This document shows positions 57,211-64,000 of a DNA stretch of 64,000 nt, in pieces. The notes beneath the pieces were generated by a model. That model did no database searches. It was not told the DNA's origin and saw only the letters and a program-made list of their open reading frames with translations. The stretch comes from Tubulanus polymorphus. Lineage: Eukaryota; Animalia; Nemertea. Position numbers and translations under genes: made by a program. The stretch spans positions 7,138,655 to 7,202,654 of the forward strand of contig NC_134033.1 in NCBI RefSeq assembly GCF_964204645.1, in the 5' to 3' direction. Positions within the stretch are counted from its first letter, which is position 1. The number at the start of each line of letters is the position of its first letter.

Positions 57211-59006
57211 TGGGAATATACTACAGTGAAACAATTATCCTACTTCCGATCAATGGTCTTGTTTTTTGCATGAATCGCTTCCCATAGTATATCAAGAATC
57301 ATCGAAATCAACTATAACAATAAAATGGCAAAATTCCTACATTTCAACATGTTTTTATCTAATAAGGGAAACTAGCAGAAAACACTAATAATCAACTCAA
57401 ATGGGCCAGTCGCTCAAAAGGTAGGATACAACATGCCTGATGTGTCTGTACATGTATATCTAATTTCATCGAAAACACCAATAACAATCATTATTGATAC
57501 ATATTAATATGTTTTACGTATATAAAATGGGAAACTAGCAGAAACGGGAAACTGGCAGAAACAAGAATAGTCACCTCGAATGGGCTAGTTGCTCAAAAGT
57601 TAACCGCTAGTTGCTATACCTTTCAATATAATTCTTTAGTGGATCCATTTAACCATTGGTTAACCATTGGCTCAATTTAGCTTATTTTTGAGCAACCGGC
57701 TCCTGATTAATCAATCATTTTCGAGTAAGACATTCTATTTTAGTCACATTCATTGAACATGCTTTGAATTATAATAACATTCAAAATTGGTTATGATATG
57801 AACAACAATGTTATGATATGTACATATTTTCAATAGACATAATGAAATCACTCTAAATATAAAAGCTTAACTTAAATCATCATGTAATAAAAGTTAGAAG
57901 ATTAAGCTAGCATTGCTCGAGAGGATTGGCAGTTCATACACCACAAGGATGGCCAAGGAAAGTCCCAGTATAAGGGCCAGTCAAACCCGCATATGCTAAA
58001 TTACCAATGAGAGGTATTTGTAGAAATCTGCTCAGTGACTTTTTCATATCTGAGAAATTATGAAAAATCTTTAACAGCTTTCAATCTGGAAATAAGCTTT
58101 TTCTAATTGTTAGATTAATAAAGGGGCAGAAAGAAGTTCCATACAGCCTTGTACTGGATCCTCCTCACAAGAGAAATTGCCTCTACCGATTTGGCAACAA
58201 AGATGCTAGGATTATACTAAAAGATATGTAAATGACTGGAAAGTAAATCTTTATGTGACTGATCCAAATACATAAGCAAATCACCAGATTATCTTGTGTT
58301 GAGATATATTCAATAATTAAGCCTAACAAGTCCTACACCCTATTTAGCCAATTAATTAATTGTCACAATTTGTTGAAAATTATTTGGGTTTCAACATGAA
58401 TCTCTTATTGGTGTCAGATTTAACACAGGAAATTGACAAACGCCTCACTGAGCCAGAAATTCTTAGCATGTGCGCAGGATTGGCTTGGTTAGGTAGGGGC
58501 AGGATCATGATGCTAAGTGTGAAGAATGATATGGTTAAAAAAGAAAAACAAGAACAAACAGACGAGTAAATGAATGATAAAGAGAACTTGCCTGTTGCTG
58601 CTACTGATAGTGAGAAAAAAACAGATACAAATACATCAAAACAATATAGCATCATCATATTATAGCACAGATACACAGAGGAAAACTGTTCACACGTCAA
58701 TTGACATCTAGATCAGATGCCCATTTCATATCGAACATATCCCAGTTTTCTCCTCAAACAATAAACAATAAACAATTTATTTTTATTTTTTAGATATCAG
58801 GGTTTCCTTTAAGGATTCTTAAACACATACCAGGAAAATGTTTTGATGAATATCAACTTAGAAATTCAGGTTTAATATATGTCAATTGAGTAAACCCCAA
58901 GGTTAAATTCAACAATAACCTCAATTTGGACAATAATCTCCAGTGTCACAGGTCAACGGCAAAGATTTTTCACATACAATTCCATCACAGATTGCCCGAG
59001 ATTAAT

Positions 59007-61190
59007 ACCAGGGGTCCAGGGACACCATGCCCCCTTGGAAGGTGGTTTCAAATACCACAATCTAACAATTTCAAATGCCCCCAGGTGATCATAAAAAAAC
59101 CAATGACCTTGAAACTCGCCAAAATCATAGAGCATGCCACGAGCTATAAGCAATTGACTGTGATAAAAAAAATATACCTAGGTACCAATAAGATATGGAA
59201 ATACTAAACCATTCTACTATTGAACGCCCCTGGTGACCATATGTAAAACCTAATGACCTTGAAACTCACCACAATCATAGAAAATGTCATGAGCTACAAC
59301 TTTGCAATTGATTGTGGTAACAAAATATGCATAGGTACCAATATGATGTAGAAATATGTAGTTATTATATTATTCAATGCCCCTGCCGGCCATATGCAAA
59401 AACCAATCACCTTGAAACTCACCACAATCATGAACATGTTATGAGCCACAAATTTGCAATTAATGGTGGTAACAAAATTTGTTTAGGTACTAACATAATG
59501 TGGAAATACTAAGTAATTCTATCATTCAACGCCCCCTGGTGATAATATGCCAAAATCAATGACATTGAAACTCACAACAATAATAAAACATGTCATGAGC
59601 TAAAACTTTGCAATTGATTGTGGTTACAAAATCTGCTTAGGTACCAATATAAATAGACAAATTATATATCATTCGATATTTAACTTCCCCTAGTGGCAAG
59701 AACAAAGAATTAGGTGATTCCAATTCCATGTGAGGAGATGTATCTCATGACAGTGCTAATAACAGCCTATCAGTCAAAACCTCTTGATATTTTCCTAAAA
59801 AAAAAAACGTTTTACCACCTATAGATGAATACTGATGACACTAAGATGACCGCCAATTGCTGATCAAAAATACCTGTCTGATGTATTAAAAATCCCTTTC
59901 CATAGAATACCCATCACAAATTTAAATGAAAAATAGCAATCCATTAAGAAGCTACAGGACTCAAAATTCGGACCAAAATTGACATTTTCGGGCAAAAAAC
60001 AGGTCACAGGACAGCCATCTTGTGTACAATCGCCCAAATTTTTCACATGCTAATGGGCCCTAGGGGGATGCAATTATATACAAAAGATTTAGGAAATTGA
60101 TCCAAGCGTCTTCAGAATTTCCCTCGAAAAATGTTTGAAAAGTGCTGATTTCGGCGAACAACAATGGCTGCCAGGCGGCCATCTTGATTCTGACCAGTTT
60201 TAGGGCTGAGGTGTGTCTAGGATAGATTACGTGTGCAAACCAAATATCAAGGCATTACATTGAAGCTTCTTAAAACTTCCCAAAATAACTGGATTCCGTC
60301 TATGGACGGACAACGGACGAAAAGTGAACGCAATACGGGATATCGACAAATTCAAGTTCTGGAATTTCTGGTTTGATGGCGCTAGTCAGAACCGGAAATT
60401 GGACCCTAAATCCACCATGTTTTAGTTCATTTGCAATAAAGATCTCTCGCTTCAGGTTTTTGATGAGCGTTTTTTTACTTACTATGTATCGTCATGATAA
60501 ATCCTTCCAATGTGATATTTTACCGTTATGTTGGATTCGATAAAACCTCACTACAAAGGCTAGAAATCACTATAAATGTCCTAAAATCATCGAAAACATT
60601 TTGTGACAGCTGACGATGTAAAGACTGGTTGCCAGGTATCACATGGTGGCAGCACATGACGACCCAATTTTTGATTGTCGGTTCGAGTCCTGATACTTTT
60701 CATATTTTTATTATGGATCTACGATTGCATTCCTTCAAAAATCAATTTTATTTCTTAATATTATTTCGTATTTATCAGTGTAGTCAGCAATAAATTCACC
60801 TTAGAGTCTTGAAGTGAACAACGAAGTGATGACACCCGGCACCAGTCTTTACTTTCGTTTGCTGCTTCGAACGTCATCGCTAAATTTGTGATTATTGGTA
60901 ATTTTTTGACATTTTAAGCAATCTTTAGCGTTTGAAGTTTTCTTTTATCGAACCCAATACATTGCCAGGATATCATACTTAAAGGATTACGTGTGACGAT
61001 GTATAGTAAGTAAAATATCTCTAACTAAAAGCTTGATCCGCGAGATTTTTATTGCAAATGAACTAGAAAATGCCAGATTTAGGTTACAATTTCCGGTTCT
61101 GACTAGCGCCATCAAACGAGAAATTCCAGAACTTGAATTTGTCGATATCCAGTATTGCCTGCTGGGACTAAAGTCCCAAGTGGGCTAAAA
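59007..61190 (+). mobile_element. Helentron-associated element, family A, second copy
   Basis: 5' AGGGGTCCAGGGACACCATGC, ~150-bp tandem repeats, GGACGGAC, and 3' GGGACTAAAGTCCCAAGTGGGCTAAAAA, as in 9031-10282. Confidence 0.8.
60336..61152. mobile_element. Fold-back MITE with long TIRs, flanked by TA
   Basis: GGATATCGACAAATTCAAGTTCTGGAATTTC..GATGGCGCTAGTCAGAACCGGAAATT mirrored at 61089-61150; absent from the 10240-10260 paralogous site. Confidence 0.88.
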
Positions 61191-62198
61191 ATGGCACAAT
61201 TAAAAAGCCAGAAGACATTGATCTGAAGATAATAATTCAAACAAATATTTCAACAACTGTATCTAAAAAATTTACTTATTTGAAATGTTCTAATTCAAAA
61301 TAATACAAGTGTCATGCAATTTCACCACACTTTAAGGGATATTTTTTTGAAACAACAAAATACAACACTAAAATTATTTTGATTGATACATATATCACAG
61401 AAAGGAAAAAAATGACTTAAAAGGTGGAAATTATGGCCCACTTGATAAATGAATAAAAATATGATGAAGGACCCAAACCTTTATGGCAAAGCTTTCCGAG
61501 TTGGACTTTGTAAGGGTAAAAGGTTTCAATCAAGAAAGTGGACTCAGCTGCACAGAGTGCACTGAGTGCATTTCTCTTTCTAAAGCAAGTAAAGCAAGTC
61601 TCAGTTCAAAGATATCAAACTTAAATGAGAGAATTTGATTGAGGTCTACAGATACTTTCAATTTGTTAGCACCATAATGAATCTATGTCTACCAAAAAAT
61701 TCTCAGCTTAGAATATGTAACACAGCCTCCAAGCTCAGTGGTTTGTTTATAAAAGCATGCCCAGTCTTCTTTTTAGAATTAGTTTGTTTCTGATCTTAAA
61801 AAGTTATTGTTTTCAAATTTGCTCATGCAGGTAGTGGGCTTTTGTATCACGTATCCAGAATCCATTAGTAACTAAACCAATTTCTTAGTGATACTAGATT
61901 AGACCTGGATTAAATGAATATCTGGAATAAACCAATTTTGGCTAAGCAGGTTTGGCTGTACATAGACAGCAGATAGGCTACTTGTTTGCTAGATTAAACA
62001 TGAACGTTAAGATCAAAATCTAGGGCCTTAATTTGAGATGGCCCAAATAATTGCTGAATAACAGAACAGATAACAGAATAGATGACAAAATTCAATCTGT
62101 CTGAAGGGAATTTATTTTTGTGAAACTGAGTCCTGGGTAGTTGATCTGGAAAAGTGATCTGAAGTGGCAGATAGAGGGAACCCATCAAATAAACTTAC

Positions 62199-62271
62199 TC
62201 GCTTTCCAGTTCGGCAACAGTGCACTTGTATTGAGCAGTAGAAAACAAACAAATATCGGCGAATTGTCGAA
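62199..62271 (-). CDS. ARRB: Beta-arrestin C-loop exon, canonical variant (A)
   Basis: ttatttcacag|...|gtaagt, 73 nt, phase 1-2; (V)RQFADICLFSTAQYKCTVAELES(E). Confidence 0.96.
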
Positions 62272-63775
62272 CTGTGAAATAATGAAGGATGAACGAAAAC
62301 TAAACATAAAAAGCTTTTTGATGGGAAAAAAACATCAACATTGATTAAACAATTGTCTAACATACTCAATCTGCTGTACCTGCCAGTGGCATTTTTCGAT
62401 ACATGAGGTGAAATTGTGCGAAAACCAGTATATATGGTATAACGAAACTCCCTAGAGCTATGTCTATTGAGTTGGATCAGGTTTTGAGTAGGTGACGAGT
62501 TAAAATCAGTATATGTTTGATTATCTAAATCTAGAGTCAAATCCACAGACACAAAAGTGAAACAAGGAACTGGACAAGCCAGTCAATGTTGGGGGTTTAA
62601 GATTTCAAAATGCTCTCTAAATTGGGGCATTTAACGCTTTAGTTGTGTGATCAGCTTGGACTGGCTTTAAAGGCCTTAAATTAGAATCGCTATAGGCTAA
62701 TCTGGTCTAAACAACTTGACAGAAAGCTATGACAAAATAATGTCCTACAGCACACTAATGGCATCTGGTGGACGACTTGCTAGTAATATCACCAAACCAA
62801 AGGTAGATCATTGAACCTTACAACATCCCCCTTATAGACACAGCCCAGCATAACACCAAATTTTTTAACTAAAATTCAAAATTGAATTTCCAAAGTGTTG
62901 ACCATTTTATTACAAAGTTTTCATAATCCCATTAAAACCTTTTTGTCGTTCAATTTCACTTTCAAGGCAAAGCAGATTTTTTTCATAGCTAAAAAAGAGA
63001 TTTGAAAAACAGAGCTAAAAGAGAGTTGACAGGCGAAAAACATACATATTTCTAAACAACAGCAGTGAGAAAAATCAATGAATGAATACATAATTGACAT
63101 TGAGATAATAAAAATCATCAAACTCTGTGAAGCGTGATGTACCAGATGTGTGATGTCAGCCCTGGCAGGATAGTTAAAATATCTGTTGAAAGGATCTGTG
63201 ATGCGCAAGTAAAAAGTAAGACATTTTTCATTGAATTTTGATTGAAGCAACTATACCAAAGGCTGCAAATATTGATGTCAGAACATTTTTAAAAAATGCA
63301 TCCAAGAAGATGCAATCTTTAAGAGGATGATATTTAAATCTTCCCCTGCCATGGTCGAACTAAAAGTGGAATGAATGTGAAGAAACTATCATATCTAAAA
63401 TTACAGAAATCATCACAGCTGCCAAGGCATAACAAGCAACAACCAGAACCCTGTTACACAGATGTGAGTTAAAACTTGACCCTCTAGGTAAGGTTATCGA
63501 AAATAAAATAATTTCAACTTTCTAAACTCAAAACCATAGCATACTCGTCACACAAGTTATAAAGAATTCTTTGGAATTAAAACAATTGGAAATGAATTAA
63601 ATTTGCGTCAAACTTAACTCACATGTAATGCTAGGGCCAGAACAACAGTTTACACGTCTGGTACATCAATACTACGTAAAATTAAATACTGAAAATAAAA
63701 ACCAATAAAAATAATATTGACAAAAACGCAACATATACAAATAATGGGATAATCCTGGTAGGTGGCACCACTTAC

Positions 63776-63848
63776 TCCGTCTCCAGTTCGGCAACTGTAC
63801 ATTTATAGTTAGCTTTACTGAACAGCATAATGTCAGCGATTTGAACAA
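63776..63848 (-). CDS. ARRB: Beta-arrestin C-loop exon, alternative variant (B)
   Basis: ttttccttcctcatcgctgcag|...|gtaagt, 73 nt, phase 1-2; (V)VQIADIMLFSKANYKCTVAELET(E). Confidence 0.88.
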
Positions 63849-64000
63849 CTGCAGCGATGAGGAAGGAAAAAGAGAAGCAAGTATTAATGAATGTTTATTA
63901 TCATTGAGCATAAATATAATGCATGAGCTCAGTGTATAAAGCACACATGAGCAAGCAATGTTCAAGTTCATACCCAAATTAACCTATTCACATAACCCCT

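Noticed and set aside
58360-58700. Overlapping ORFs 58360-58569 and 58380-58700
   Set aside because: No recognisable domain or splice-compatible arrestin sequence; treated as intronic.
61500-63750. Possible decayed L1/Tx1 reverse transcriptase on the minus strand (GVMLGC-like motif near 62850)
   Set aside because: Motifs are weak and scattered, no YADD is found, and the interval contains a genuine arrestin exon.
62164-63767. Shared TGCCAC motif downstream of both alternative exons as selector sequences
   Set aside because: Only 6 nt, and no convincing complementary docking site was found in the window.

Overview
AT-rich, intron-containing eukaryotic DNA, most likely from a marine invertebrate (inferred from the repeat families and the arrestin sequence; species not determinable). 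The right half (35.6-64 kb) holds the 3' part of a host beta-arrestin (kurtz/ARRB-type) gene on the minus strand, largely missed by the ORF track. I can splice it in frame as [63776-63848 OR 62199-62271] > 54272-54418 > 42998-43084 > 41014-41154 > 35616-35712. The two 73-nt exons are homologous, phase-identical duplicates that cannot both be included without a frameshift, so they look like mutually exclusive exons swapping the arrestin C-loop/phosphoinositide-site segment (top finding). The left half is a transposon graveyard. It contains a hAT end, a P-element-type transposase gene convergent with a PIF1 helicase, a PIF/Harbinger element with interleaved antiparallel genes, IS3EU-type MITEs and a 31-bp hairpin minisatellite. 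It also contains a ~14.6 kb decayed Polinton/Maverick-like endogenous virus (pPolB, chromo-integrase, packaging ATPase, probable capsid protein, membrane-type ORFs). The arrestin introns carry Helentron-like non-autonomous elements, MITEs, a DIRS remnant, and a Penelope 3' fragment with a minimal hammerhead ribozyme inside a Kolobok-type element. All family calls come from motif recognition by eye; no searches were run.
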